Shown here piece by piece: positions 1 to 13,101 of a stretch of DNA of 64,000 nucleotides. Positions within the stretch are counted from its first letter, which is position 1; every line of letters begins with the position of its first letter. The DNA comes from the human T2T-CHM13v2.0 reference genome, Homo sapiens. The notes below the pieces were generated by a model. That model searched no databases. It saw nothing but the letters and a program-made list of their open reading frames with translations, and was not told the origin of the DNA. The stretch is from the NCBI RefSeq assembly GCF_009914755.1, contig NC_060925.1. One strand, 5' to 3'. The position numbers were made by a program, and so were the translations under genes.

Positions 1-1274
1 ATGTGGTTCTAGGTAGAGGAATGAATGATATTAAAAATAATTAACAACAGGGTTAGGCACAAGTGCTAACTATGGCATTAACTGGGGCATTAATAGTTTA
101 GAGATGGATGGGGGATGGTCTAGAGGTCTCAGGGAGAGGGTAGGTGGCCAAGCAGTTGGGAGATATCCAGTGGGGCCTCAGTAGCAAAGCCTCTCAATAT
201 TCCGTACCGTTTATATAATATCCATGGGCACATGGGGTGTGGAGAAGGATTGAGCAGAGCTCCTGGCCTTGACCAGTTCACAGTGCAGTGGGAGAAACAG
301 ACGTGGACTGAAGAGGCTGGCGGATCATTCTGGTAGTGTTTGTCAGCTCTGTAAGAGCCAGCAATTGCATTCATCTGTCTCCTTTGCTGCTGTATCTCCA
401 GTGCTTGGGCAGTGCCTGGTGCATGGTGGACACTCCATACATGTTTTTTTCAAGGAATCAATCACTGAACAGGGCACAAGGGGCCCAAAAAACGGAGTCA
501 TTGGCAGGTCAGTTCTGTCTGGGGTGCAATGAGGTAGGGTGGGGAGGAGCTGTCAAGGAAGGCTTCCCAAGGGAGATGATGCTGGAGGCGAGTCTTAAAG
601 ATCAGTGGGTGTTTGCCAGGCAGATGACCGGGGGAGTGGGCAGGTCTGAAGCAGGGGTCCTGCTTTATCCCACAGCTGCCTTAGTACAGGGAGCTGGCAA
701 TTGTCTCATGTATTTAGAATGCTGGGCCACTCCTCTCATGCTCTGCTCTTCTCTAAGGTGCTTGGGGCCATTTGGATGTGGCATCTGGGTTCTTCCAGCT
801 CCCTAAGAAGTCTTCCCTTCAGGGAAAGAAGGGGCCTCTCCAGAGGATGACCCAGGCCTGCTTGCACACACTATGTTCAGAGTGGGCTCAGGCCCAGGAA
901 GGGACCTCTCCAGTGTTGAATGTGAGGGCCTCAGAAATGAATCAGACAGAGCCTCCAGGAACTCCTTGTCAAGCCCTCCCAGATTTAGCCTCACAGGCCA
1001 ATTGACTCTCCTGGCTGACAATGCCAGACACCTGTCTCCTCCATCCCCATCCCCACACTCTGACCCCACAATCTCTGCCCCCAGCTACTACTGCCTTCTC
1101 TTTCTCTCGGTTCCTACTTCAGTAGTTTGCTATGGCTTTTGAATTCCCATCTTACAGATGTGGAGACATAGGCTTTGAGAGAGGCAGTGTTTTGACAAAG
1201 GACATGGAGAGAACTAGAACTCGAACCCTGGACTCTGATTCTGGGTCCAGTGACCTGAGACACCAGGCATACTT

Positions 1275-1680
1275 TCACTCAATCAATTGATGAACAAGTA
1301 TTTATTGACTGTCTACTGTGTGCCAGGATCTATTCTAGCCTTTGGGGATCCAGCAGTGAGCAACAGAGCCAGAATCTCTGTCCTTGTAGCGCTTTCTCTT
1401 TAATTGGGGGTTGGGGGTTAGGGGAGATGAACAACTAAAAATAAAAAGTGAAATATAGGATGGCAGACTATGAACACATTATGGAGGAAAATAAAGCTGG
1501 GAAGGGGTAGGAAGCACTGAGGGGTTGTGCTTGTAATTTTAGGGACTGCCTCCTTGGGAAGATGACTTTTGGATAAAGACTAGAAGCAGATGATGGAGCA
1601 AGCTTTACAGATATCTGCAGGAAGAATGTTCCAGGCAGAAAAAAAGAGCAAGTTCAAAAACCTAAGGTGGGAAATACAGA
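1275..1680 (-). mobile_element. L2 LINE fragment (3' end)
   Basis: ttcactcaatcaattgatgaacaagtatttattgactgtctactgtgtgccagg is the reverse complement of a typical L2 3' terminus; boundaries approximate. Confidence 0.6.
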
Positions 1681-2309
1681 AGCCACCATATTTCCCAAGG
1701 GCTACGGCACTCCTTTTAATGCGATTTTGGTCATCAAAGCCACACAGGGACAAGATTCTTTTCTCATCTGTTCTCTGAATCTCCCACAGGACACCCAGCA
1801 TGTGGCTTTGCTAAGCCAGGGCACTGGGAGTCCCTGCAGCTGCTGGAGTGGGTGGTGACAGCCAGAGAGGCCTGTGAGAGCCCACAGTGCTGGGATGCCC
1901 ACTCTCCCATGGCCTCTCTGGGCCAGTGCCCAGCCTGCTGTCTGCAGCCCTGGGACATGTCTCTCGAGTCGCATAGTATTGAAAGGTTGATCTCCCCATT
2001 AGAAGGGATTTGTCAGCACGAGCTGGGGCTTAGCAGCCTAAGCCATGGGTCTGAAGGCTCAGACAGGTTCAGGGCCCAGAGGAGCTGACTCAGGCCTGAC
2101 TCCCCCGGGAATCAGGGAAAGGCCACCAGCTAAGACCGCCAGGGGTCAGAGTCAGGATGAATTGCTCGATGTCCCCAGGGGCACTGCCAAAGCCACTGTC
2201 ATTCCCACTATTCTTCCTGGGGTCTAGGAGCAAGCTCCAGTGCCCTAGCCTGGCATGCAAAGCCGGGCAAAGCCCCATGGCTCATCTGGGAGCTCACCCT
2301 GCATGCTCT

Positions 2310-3420
2310 CTCTGGGACATTTCCTCTTTTCCTGTGGTGTTGGATACCATCTGTACACCAGCAGTCCCCAAACTTCCTCCAGACCGCCCTCCTGAGTCCA
2401 CCTGACAGTTTACCTGATGTCTCCACTGGGATGACCCATAATCTTCTCCAACTGAATGCATCCAAAATGGGACTCCCATCCTCTCCACAAAGCCACCTGA
2501 GTCAGCCAAACATAGCTAACTTTCACCATTTCACTCTTCCTTGTGTGTCAACTCACTTCAGTACTTTCAACAGCCTTGTGGGTAAGGACCTGCTCCGCCC
2601 ATTTACAGATGAGGAAACTGAGGAAGGGGAAATTACATCACGTAACACTTGCACTGTCCTGGCTCACTGAGTCAGTAAACTTGGAATCCGCCTGAAACAA
2701 CTGCACCTCCATCCTTCCTCCCTGCCATGACTCCACCCCGGCTGCTGTCACTGTTCCTTCAAATGACTCTGACAGTTGCCTAGTAGGTCTCCACTTTTGT
2801 TCCCTCTAGCCCATTCTCTCCCAGAGCAAATCAAGTGACTGTTAAAAAAAAGTACAGAGCTGATTTTGTCACTTCTCTTGGTTCTTAGGCTAAAACCCAA
2901 ACTCCTTAACATGCTCTGCCAGTCCCCGTGCAGCATGGCTCCTGGGTCTGCCTTCCTGGCTTGTCTTCTGTGTCCTCTGTGTCCCTGGTCCTGTGTCACT
3001 CAGCACACGCCAACCCCACTGTCTTTCTTTCAGTTCCTCGACTGTGACAAGCTCTTCCCAACCTCAGGGCCCTGTTATGCGCTGCGTCTTCTCCTTGGGA
3101 TACTCCTCCATTGCCTAGTTTATCATCATTCTTCAGGTTTCAGTTTAAATGCCACTTCCTCAGGGGAGCCTTCTTTGACTTCTTTTCAGGTGTCACCCTC
3201 TCTCATGGCTCTCCTACTGCTCCCGAACTTAATGTTGACAAAAAATAGCCAAACTGCAATTAATGAGTTCTTTGCCCCTTACTTGTTAGACCCATGGCTT
3301 CCCTGCTGGGTCATAAGGCCCATGAGGGCAGAGACTAAGTCTGTGTGGCCCAGAGCTGTATCCCTAGCATAGCATCTGACACATAGTGGGTGCCCCGTAA
3401 GGGCTGGTGAATGAGCAAAT
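2310..3420 (+). mobile_element. L2 LINE fragment interrupted by a MIR (~2510-2680)
   Basis: L2-type motifs (aatgccacttcctcaggggagccttc, catctgacacatagtgggtgcc...gaatgag); MIR core cccatttacagatgaggaaactgagg. Confidence 0.55.
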
Positions 3421-5092
3421 CACCTTCTCAGCCTTTCTTTTCATCTGGTCCCTATTGTTCTCCTAAACTGCTTTCCTTATTTCCCTTGACACAGCTGTGC
3501 CCATTCCAGTCTCCTTGCCTTTGCTCGTGCTGTTCCTACTGCCTGATGTCCTGCCACCTCTCTCCACTCACCCACAACCTACCAGTCCTTCAAGATAACT
3601 CTATGGCCTCTACTCCTCCAGGAGGCCTTCCCTCTGCACACTAACAGGTTAAGTGTCTCTCATTCTTCTCGTGGTCCTGTGCTATTTCTCCTCCAATATG
3701 GCCCCTGCAAGAATCCTTGACCTAAGCTCCATGCAGGCAGGGACCAAGCCTTCTTTTCAGTGCCCTCCCCAAAAGGGGTGAGCTCCGAGCTTGGGCACAA
3801 GAAGCAGCAAGTAAAGATGGTAATCTGCTGTTTCCACTTCTCTTGGTCTTTTAGGTTCCACTGGAAGGTGAACCTCTCCCTGCCTCACCTCCCCAACTAA
3901 GACCACCTGAGTGCACTTCTCATGCACTAGATTCCATGAACAGGCCTGACTGTGAGAAAGCAGAGGCAGTGGAAAAGCAAGGGTTTTGGAGTCACATAAA
4001 TCTATACTAAACTCCTATTTCTATGAGGTTCAACCATAATGAAGTTGCCATTTCCATTAGGTTGAACTGTATGAAGTAGGCCAAAGATGATTGAATATCA
4101 AGTTTCATGTGGCTCAATTTAATATGTAATCTCAGGCAGTTGGTCTGATGTCTTTTAGACTTAGTTTCTTCATCTGTGAAATGGGAGGAGTAGAGCCTCA
4201 TTTACGGAGTTGCAGAGAGGAGAAAATAAAGCTGTGTATCATTATGGGTCAAAGTTTGAGTTCTGGAGGCAAGGCTCAGTTTGAACCGTGGATCCCCCAT
4301 CTTATCGGGGTTCCTAATTGCAAACAACAGAGTCCATTATGGCTAGTTTAAGCAGAACAAGGATTTATTACAGGATGTTGGGCAGCTTACAGAAATCCCT
4401 GGAGGGTCCTGGGAAAAAGGCCTGACCAAACCATGAGGACATTTTTAGTGAAAACACCACTGCCTGGTCACTCAGTCCCTATAGCATTTAGGGCTGGATA
4501 CCAGAAGTTCCACCACTGCTGTTCCAAAGAACTGGATGCCTTTGCAACTGCCCTGGTCATAAGATCATTTGCCCCACCTGGCTGCCTCCTTCTTCTGAAT
4601 CTAGGTTTCACCCAGGTGTGTCTGATTCATGGAACCTGGGTCATATGTCTGATCCTGAGCCACAAAGAGGTCTGGGGATGAGAATTTTCTGGCTTCTACC
4701 TGGAGAATGTTGGACTCAGAATGGAGAAAGGAAGGGCATTGAATGGCCACAACTATGTGCTATTTCTTTTTACTAGCTGTGTGATCATGGGTAAGTAACT
4801 TATCCTTTCTGAGCCTGAGTTTTCTAATAGGTAGTATCTATTTCACAGGATTTTGAGGATTAAATGCACGGATTTGTGAAACGCCTTTAGAAGAGAGCCT
4901 GGCATATAGCAAACCCTCAATAGATGCTAACTCTATTTTTATATTATTATTTAATATGGATTTGAGACCTCTTGGCACAAAGCCTAGCACGGAGAAGATG
5001 CTCTTTAAGTGTTTGTTGAATGAAAACCTTTGGCTGAGATATTAGTGTTCAGAATTCCTCTAGCTGGCCGAGAGCATCACAGACAGCTAGAA

Positions 5093-5294
5093 CCAGTGGT
5101 GTGCTGCACCAGTGCGAGCCCATTGGTAACTTTTCAGAAATTTCACGAGCTAGTTAATATCATATTGGTAGCTTGAAATCTGCCTCTCTGGGGGAATTTA
5201 CACTAGGGAAATTGGCAAACACTATAAATTGGGGCTCTCCTCTCCCTACAAATGGCAACTTTATCTGGTTAAACCTTTACCTGCACATCACAGG
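5093..5294 (+). mobile_element. MER63-like hAT DNA transposon fossil
   Basis: Starts ccagtggtgtgctg and ends tttacctgcacatcacag (terminal inverted repeats); internal ttggtagcttgaaatc and ggaaattggcaaac match recalled MER63 consensus. Confidence 0.65.
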
Positions 5295-6556
5295 CTGATA
5301 CAGGGTATGAAGTATATAAAGTGCCTAGCACCATGCCATCTCTTTTGGTCCCTTCAAATATGGTCCTTCTCTCTAGTTAGCAAATTCTTAGGATCAACTT
5401 TATTTTCCAGGTGTCAGGGAAAATAGATGAACCCCTGGATTCATGGACTTTTCATGGTTTCCTTGGTGGATACCTCTTTTGTATTGATGAATTTCCACCA
5501 GACAGGGAGTTCTTTTCAGAATAGGCACCAACACTGGGCACAAGGTCTAGCTAGCACTCAATAGTCCAGGAGGCATGGGTGGAATGGCTCCGTGGATGAG
5601 ATTTCTGCAGCTGGAACCCTTTCCCTTCCCACACTGGTTGGCAACACTCTCTCCTTTCCTGGTGCCTCCTAGAGGGGCATCACCACTCCTGTTTTCCTTT
5701 TGCCATGTGGATCATATAAGAAGGGAGTGTGGTGGAGGCTGGGGAGTGAGAGGGGACGCTTGAATGTTGGGGGTTGGGGGGCTGCCTCCTGCATTAGAAA
5801 CATTCCTCTGATTGCTCTGTGCAGCTCAGCAGGCTGCCTGGCTTAAGACGAAAAGAAGGGAGAGGCAAACACCCTTCATTTTAATTAAAGCCAACTTTAC
5901 ATTGTTATTCCATTTGCCTGTGTTGTTGCACGAGCTTACAATAAAGTTATATGGCACCCCCAGGGCAGCTTGAGCTGCGTGATAGAATGTGTCTAAGTTC
6001 AGCACTCCCCGACTATACTCAGCTTCTTTGCAGGGAGAACCACAGCCAGTCTCATGTCCTTTCTGGGGCTCTAAGCGATCACTCAGGCTCAGACCTGTGA
6101 GCAACACTTTTATTTATATTTCACGTTTCAAAAACGTTTATTTAGTACTTTCTATGTGCCCAGCAGTGAGCTAGGTGCTGAGTCTACCCCTGACACATTG
6201 CTGTGCTTCCAGGGTACACATGCTCCAGTCTCCAGGATCTGTCCCTGACCAATCTCCTGAGATGTGGAGCTCCATGTGATCACTCCCAACTCTCTCCTCA
6301 AATGCTTATTTTGGTCTTTCTTCTTTTGCTCTGTGGTGGCATCAGCGATTCAGCTAAGCAATCCATTATATTTAGCAATTCTCTAAGTTCTTTCACATCT
6401 GACACTTCTGATTCTCACCACACTCCCATCCAGATCCTGCCTGCTCTTCAAGCCTCAGTGCAAATACTGCCTCCTCACTGTAGCCTTTTCCGGCCACACC
6501 TTTCTCTAGACCTCTTTGCCGCCTTTTTGTGGATTTCATCACAAATTTTAAAACTG

Positions 6557-6721
6557 ATTTTATTTTATGTTTTAGAAACAGGGTGTCACTCTGTTGCCCC
6601 AGGCTGGAGTCCAGTGGTGCACTTATAGTTCACTGCAGTCTCGAACTCCTGGGCTCAAGCAGCCCTCCTGCCTCAGCCTCCTAAAGTGCTGAGATTATAG
6701 GTGTGAGCCACTGCGCCTGGC
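6557..6721 (-). mobile_element. Alu monomer (FRAM/FAM-like)
   Basis: Single ~160-bp Alu arm with T-rich tail on the + strand. Confidence 0.8.
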
Positions 6722-6938
6722 ACCCCCTCCTTTTTTTTTTAAATTAAGGTATATTTTACATACCGTGAAATGTAGGGATCTTAAGTGTGGTTTGATGAAC
6801 TTTGACAAATGTACACACCTATGTAACCATGACCTCAATCAAGCCAGGACATTTTCATCACCCAGTAAGTGCCCTCATTACCTTTCCCAATCAATTCTAC
6901 CCTCCAGATGCAAACACTGTTCTGACTTCTAACACTAG

Positions 6939-7344
<406 letters not shown>

Positions 7345-7601
7345 TGACAGCTGAATTGTATCGCATTTAATGGATATACCACATTTTGTTTATTCATTTA
7401 TTTGGGTTATGCACAGTTTTGGACTATTATGAATAAGGCTGCTATAAACATTTCTTATACAAGAGAAATGGACATATGTCTTTATTTCTTGGGTAAATAC
7501 TCAGCAGTGGAATTGCTGGGTTGAGTAGATGTATTTTTAACTTTATATAAAATTACCAAAGAGGTTGTATCATTTTACACTCCCACCAGCAATATATGAG
7601 C

Positions 7602-7985
7602 ATTTTTTTCCTTCCTTCCTTCCCTCCCTCCCTCCTTTCCTCCTTCCTTCCTTCCTTCCTTCTTCCCTTCCTTTTTTTTTTTTTTTTTTTTTTGACAGTT
7701 TCACTCTGCTGTCCAGGCTGTAGTGCAGTGGCACAATCACAGCTCACTGAAGTCTCAAACTCCTGACTTTAGGTGATCCTCTCACCTCAGCCTCCCAAGT
7801 AGTTGGAATTACAGGAGTGCATCACCATGCTTGGCTGGTTTAAATTTTGTTTGTTTGTTTGTTTTTGGAGAGATGGGGTCCCACCATGTTACCCAGGTTA
7901 GTCTTCAACTCCTGGGCACAAGCGATCCTCCTGCCTTAGCCTCCCAGAGTGTTGAGATTATAGGCATGAGCCACTGTTCCTGGCC
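7602..7985 (-). mobile_element. AluJ with (CCTT)n-expanded tail
   Basis: Dimeric Alu; TSD tatatgagcatt at 7593-7604 and 7986-7997. Confidence 0.9.
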
Positions 7986-8282
7986 TATATGAGCATTATG
8001 AGCATTTTGATTGCTTCACATCCTTGCCAACATTTGCTGTTGTCAGCCTTTTATCATTTCAGCTATTCTAGTGGGTGTGTAGTTACATCTCTTTGTCATT
8101 TTAACTTGAATTTACAGATGATTAATGACGTTGAGTACTTTTTAATGCACTCACTGGCTATTTGTATATCTTTTGTGAAGTGATTATTCAAGTGTTTGCC
8201 CAGTTTTTATTGGATTGTCATTTTATTATGAATTCCTTACATATTCTAAATATAATATGTAATATAAGGTGGCCATATTGAT

Positions 8283-8831
8283 TTTCTTTTATCTTTTTTT
8301 TCTTTTTTTACAGTCCAGAGGTCTCTTATTTTTAACACCTGTTATGCCATACATTCATAGGGAAGAGGTTCCAGCAGCTCCGGTTCCTTTTCATTGGTTC
8401 TCACAAAGTGTGCTTCCCTGGGTGGAGCAGGCTGGTGCTTCTGCTAAACCCAGGTACCTTTCTCTTTGGTTCCTTCTTTTCCTGATCATTTTCCTTCACA
8501 CATTTCAGGAAGCTATTTTGGCTCTTAGAGTGCTCAATATGCACATTAATTCTCTTGGCAAGAATCTTGCCCAATAAGTTAACTAACTAATGCTGAGTGA
8601 CACTGTAGACTCTTCCAGTTTGCCATGGTTAACATTTGTGAGGTATTGCTTTTTGAACAGTGCCCATTTCCTTGATGTCTACAATATTGCCTTTCTTACA
8701 GATTCACGTGTATTCAAAGGAACAACTCCATGTTTCCTAAAAGGCCTAGAGAATATGTATCAGGTGCCTCTCCTCTTTCCCTTTATGTTGTTTTGGTGAA
8801 TTACTGGAAGATGGAGGTTAAGGCCGAGAGG
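8283..8831 (-). pseudogene. RPL21P24: Processed pseudogene of ribosomal protein L21 (probably RPL21P24)
   Basis: Reverse complement follows RPL21 mRNA from the 5'UTR (ccatcttccagtaattc) through [41 protein letters not shown] to the 3'UTR and poly(A) (T-run 8283-8309); no introns, ATG lost, indels. Locus number is from memory. Confidence 0.93.
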
Positions 8832-9544
8832 CTTAATCATATTTTTTGATGAATAAAAGTTTAAAATTTGATCAGGTCTGATTTAATAATTTCTTATCTT
8901 ATGGCTAGTGATTTTCTTGTGTCCTAAGAAATTTTTGCCTAGTCCAAAATCACAAATATATTCCCCCATGTTTTCTTCTAGAAGTTTTATAGTTTTCACT
9001 TTTAAGTTTAGGTCTAGAATCAATTTTGAATAATTAATTTTTGGTATGGGGTTGAGGTAGTAGTTGAGGTTCAGTTTCCCCCATATAGTTATCTAGTTGT
9101 TCTAGTACTATTTTTTGAAGGGACTTTCTTTTCCCTATTAAATTGACTTGGTCAAAAATCAGTTGATATGTGTGGATCTATTTTGGACTCTGTTCTGTTG
9201 ACCTGTTTGTCTACGCTTATGCCGGTTCCAACTTTTTGATCATTGTAGCTTTATGGTAACTCTTGAAATCAAGCAGTCTTAAGTTCCTGATCTTAGGGAA
9301 AAAAGAGCTTAATATTTCGTTATTGTCATGTTAGTTGTATGTTTTTCACATTAAAAAATCAGATTGAGAAAGTCCTCTTCTATTTTTAGATTGCTGAGAA
9401 TTTGGATTGTAGAGGGGTATTGAACTTCATCAAATTATTTTTCAGCCCATATTGAGATGATCATTTGATTTTTCTCCTTCATTGTATTAATTTGGAAAAT
9501 TGTACAAGCCACCTGTATTCTTGAGATAAGCCCCACTTGGTCAT

Positions 9545-9556
9545 TCTATCTGTCTG

Positions 9557-9601
<45 letters not shown>
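9545..9601. repeat. (TCTA)n tetranucleotide STR
   Basis: About 11 perfect TCTA units preceded by TCTG units. Confidence 0.95.
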
Positions 9602-11707
9602 GTATTGATCTATTATATATCATATATAAATATATGTAACCAAATTTGATTTGACAGTACTTTTAAAAAGATTTTTGTGTTTATGTTTTTGAGGGGTATT
9701 GGTGTATAATTTTCTTTCTTATAATAATTAGGCCTGGTTTTGGTTATTAGAATTACACTAATCTCATATAATCAATTGGAAAGTGCCCCCTCCGCCTATA
9801 TTTTCTGAAAGAGTTTATGTAAGTTTTGTATTATTTATTCATTAAATGTTTGAAAGAATTCACTATTGCAAACACCTGGAGTTTTATTTGTGGGAATTAA
9901 AAAAATTATGAATGCAATTTCTTTAAAGACATAGGGCTAATTCAGATTTTCTATTTCTTCTTGTGTCAGTATTGGCAATTTGTGTCTTTCAAAAAATGTG
10001 TTCATTGCACCTAAGTTGTTGAATTAACTAGCATAAAATTGTTCGTAATATTCTATCACTTTAATGTCTGTAGTGATGTCTTTTCTTTTATTTCTGATGT
10101 TGGCAATTTGTGTCTTCTCTTTTTTTTTCCTTGATCAGTCTAGCTAGAGGCATATCAATTTTATTAATCTCATCAGAGAATCAGTTTTGGTTTAATTGGT
10201 TTTCTTTATTATTTATTTTCTATTTCAGTAAGTTTTACTCATCGTCAACATTTGTTTCCCCTTCTTTACTCCTCTTTTTTTATATTCTTAAAATGGCAAT
10301 TTAGATCATGGATTTTAAATTATTCTTATCTTTTAATATAAACATTTAAAGTTTAAAAATTTCCTATACAAATAACTTTAGCTACATTCCACAAATTTTT
10401 GTTGTTTTTTTTTCATTATAATTCAATGCTCATGTCCTTACTCCATTCATGTCTGTGGTCAACCATCAGTTTCTTAGAGTCTTTCCCTTATCAGTTCATA
10501 TAGAATAGCCCCTTTACCCTTACCAGCCTTACTTACTTTACTCTGTCTTATTTTTTATTCTGCCTTATTTTTTATAGCACCTAATATTTATTTATTATAA
10601 TAAATACCTAATATTTATTATATTTGTATAACAACTTTACTCTGCTTTTTTATAACACCTTATATTACTATAATGTATTTATATATCACATTATACATAT
10701 ATAATATATATGATATGAGATTATGGCATGTAATAATTTATTTGTTCTTCTTTTTATTATCTGTCTTCTCCACCAAGCTCCTTGAAGGCAGGGACTATTT
10801 ATTTTGTTTGGTGATGTATCTCAGTACTTTAAAAGAGCCCCATAAATATTTGTCGAATGAAGAAATAGAAAAATTATTTGACACCTTGTGCGAATAATCC
10901 CTTCTCAGAAACCTTACCTGGCAGTTTCCTTTAATTCTCAGAGAAGTTCACCTCACTTGTTTATACTCTTTTTGTACTTGCTTATACTTTATCATTGACT
11001 ACAACTGGATCATTATTGTCTGTTTCTGTCTCCCCCAATGACCACCTGCCCAAGGACAAGGACTACGTCTTTATTCACCAGTGCTCAATACAGAGCCTGG
11101 CACAGAAGAGACTAGCAAATGTGTGACAAATGAATAAATGAAGTGTCATCAATCACTCCTGCCTTGCAAATCATCTGTGAACTAGACTTGGCTGTTAGAC
11201 CAGAAGGCCTTCCCGTAAATCTGGAAGACATGAACTAGCAAAAGCTTTTAAGTTTATAAGATAGTGTTGTTTGTCTGTGATTTGGGCAATGAAACAAGTC
11301 TGCACCATGCTTTTCAGTTTATAAAGCTCTTTCCTATACATTATCACATTGGACCTTCACAACATACATGGGAAGAAGGCATTATTATCCTCATTTTTTG
11401 GATGAGGAAGCACAAGCTTAGAAAGGTGAAACCATGTAGCCAGGAACTGGAGAATTTGAGACTGGATCCAAGGTTTCTGAAATCTCCAGTCTCTTCCCAG
11501 CCAATGGAAGGAAGCATGTGCTTGACCTGGGGGCAAGATGAGTTCCAAGGCCTCATGGCCAGGTGTTATAAGGTTTGGCATCCAGTAAGCTGATGGGCCC
11601 ATCAGGGGTGAAGGTGCTTGCGTAGCTGAAGTACACACTGAACTTGGGTTTCGTTGCTTTGATCCATAGACACAGCCTTATGTAGGGAAAAGAGCTCTTG
11701 GATTTTA

Positions 11708-11889
11708 TTATTTATTTATTTATGTATTTATTTATTTATTTATTTATTTTTGAGACAAGGCCTGGCTCTGTCACCCTGGCTGGAGTGCAGTGGTGCGATC
11801 TCAGCTGCTGCAACCTCCACCTCCTGGGCTCAGGCCATCCTCCCATGCCAGCCTCCCGAGTAGCTGGGACTACAGGCATGCACCACTTA
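11708..11889 (-). mobile_element. 5'-truncated Alu (right arm) with (TTTA)n tail
   Basis: Right-arm sequence; TSD ttggatttta at 11698-11707 and 11890-11899. Confidence 0.85.
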
Positions 11890-12868
11890 TTGGATTTTAA
11901 AACTGACGTCTCTCTATTATTAGTTAAGAACCTTGGACAAAGGACTTCTCTCTGAGCCTTGGTTTTCACATCTCTAGAATGGAGCTTAAATACCCACCAC
12001 CTAGAGTTGCTATGAGAGTGACAGGAGAGATTCACGTAAGTGGATTTTGTAGGGACTCTTATAAAGTAGCTCCTCTGCCTTAGATAATTTTCACTGGTCC
12101 CTAAAATGCCCTTGTATTCATAGTATTCTCCCTGGCGGTTTATTTCTCATTGATATTGGACAACAGAACAAGGGAAGGGTGGCACAGCTCGATGGCGAAT
12201 CTGTAAACTGTCATTGTTCCATCATATCTGAGCTCCCAGCAGTTAAGCAATGGCTCTGGCCCCATGCTGACTGCCTGGGGATGAGGTCAGTGGGTAACAA
12301 ACCACAGCACTTACTGACCACTGATCATAATGACAGCTATCATTTACCGACTGCTATTTATTATTTATTCTGCTCAGAGAAAGGATCTGAGCCCAAATTC
12401 CCTGGCTAGGTCCTAAAGGTCCTTCTTCCAGATCATCTCAGTTGTCTTTCCTCTAATCTTTGGGAAGCTAGATCCTGCTCCCTGTACTTCATCTCTGGCT
12501 GTGGTCCTATTTCAGCTCAAACCCTCCTCTGGGTCCCTTCCTCTAATATCAGTAGCAGCATAGATGGAATATGGCATGATTTGATTCCAACTAAACTTAC
12601 CATCTGCCTTTCCTGCCACTTCGAGTCTACAGCCTACACATTGGTCTGTTACTGCCTTTCCTGGAACTTGGCCAACACCATCCTTCCTCTAGGTTTCTGC
12701 CTATGCTGTTCCTTTTGCCTGGAACATCCTTCACCAAATCTCTACTGGCTCTTGACGACAGGTCTCTGCCCAGCTTGATGATTTTGCCAAGACCACTTAA
12801 ACCTGTTAAAATCTGACCTCTTTTGCTTAGATGGACCATGAGTCCTGTAAACTCCAGTGCATCTAGGA

Positions 12869-13101
12869 TAAGGATGCCAAATTCAGCAAAAAAAAAAAAT
12901 AAATAAAATAAAATAATAATAATAATAATTAATAAATACATACAGGGCTTCCAGTCAAATTTGAATTTCAGATAAATAACAAATTGTTTTAATATAAGTA
13001 TGTCTGTACAATATTTGGGGCATACTTATGCTGAAAATGATTTGTAATTTATCTAAAATTCAAATTTAACTAGGCATCCTGTGTTTTATGTGACAACCCT
13101 A
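12869..13101. mobile_element. MER53-like palindromic MITE with expanded A-rich insert
   Basis: cagtcaaatttgaatttcagataaataac...taagtatgtc / gcatacttat...tttatctaaaattcaaatttaactag...caacccta forms an imperfect palindrome matching recalled MER53. Confidence 0.8.

Noticed and set aside
8269-8799. Plus-strand ORFs of 102 and 69 aa
   Set aside because: Antisense to the RPL21 pseudogene
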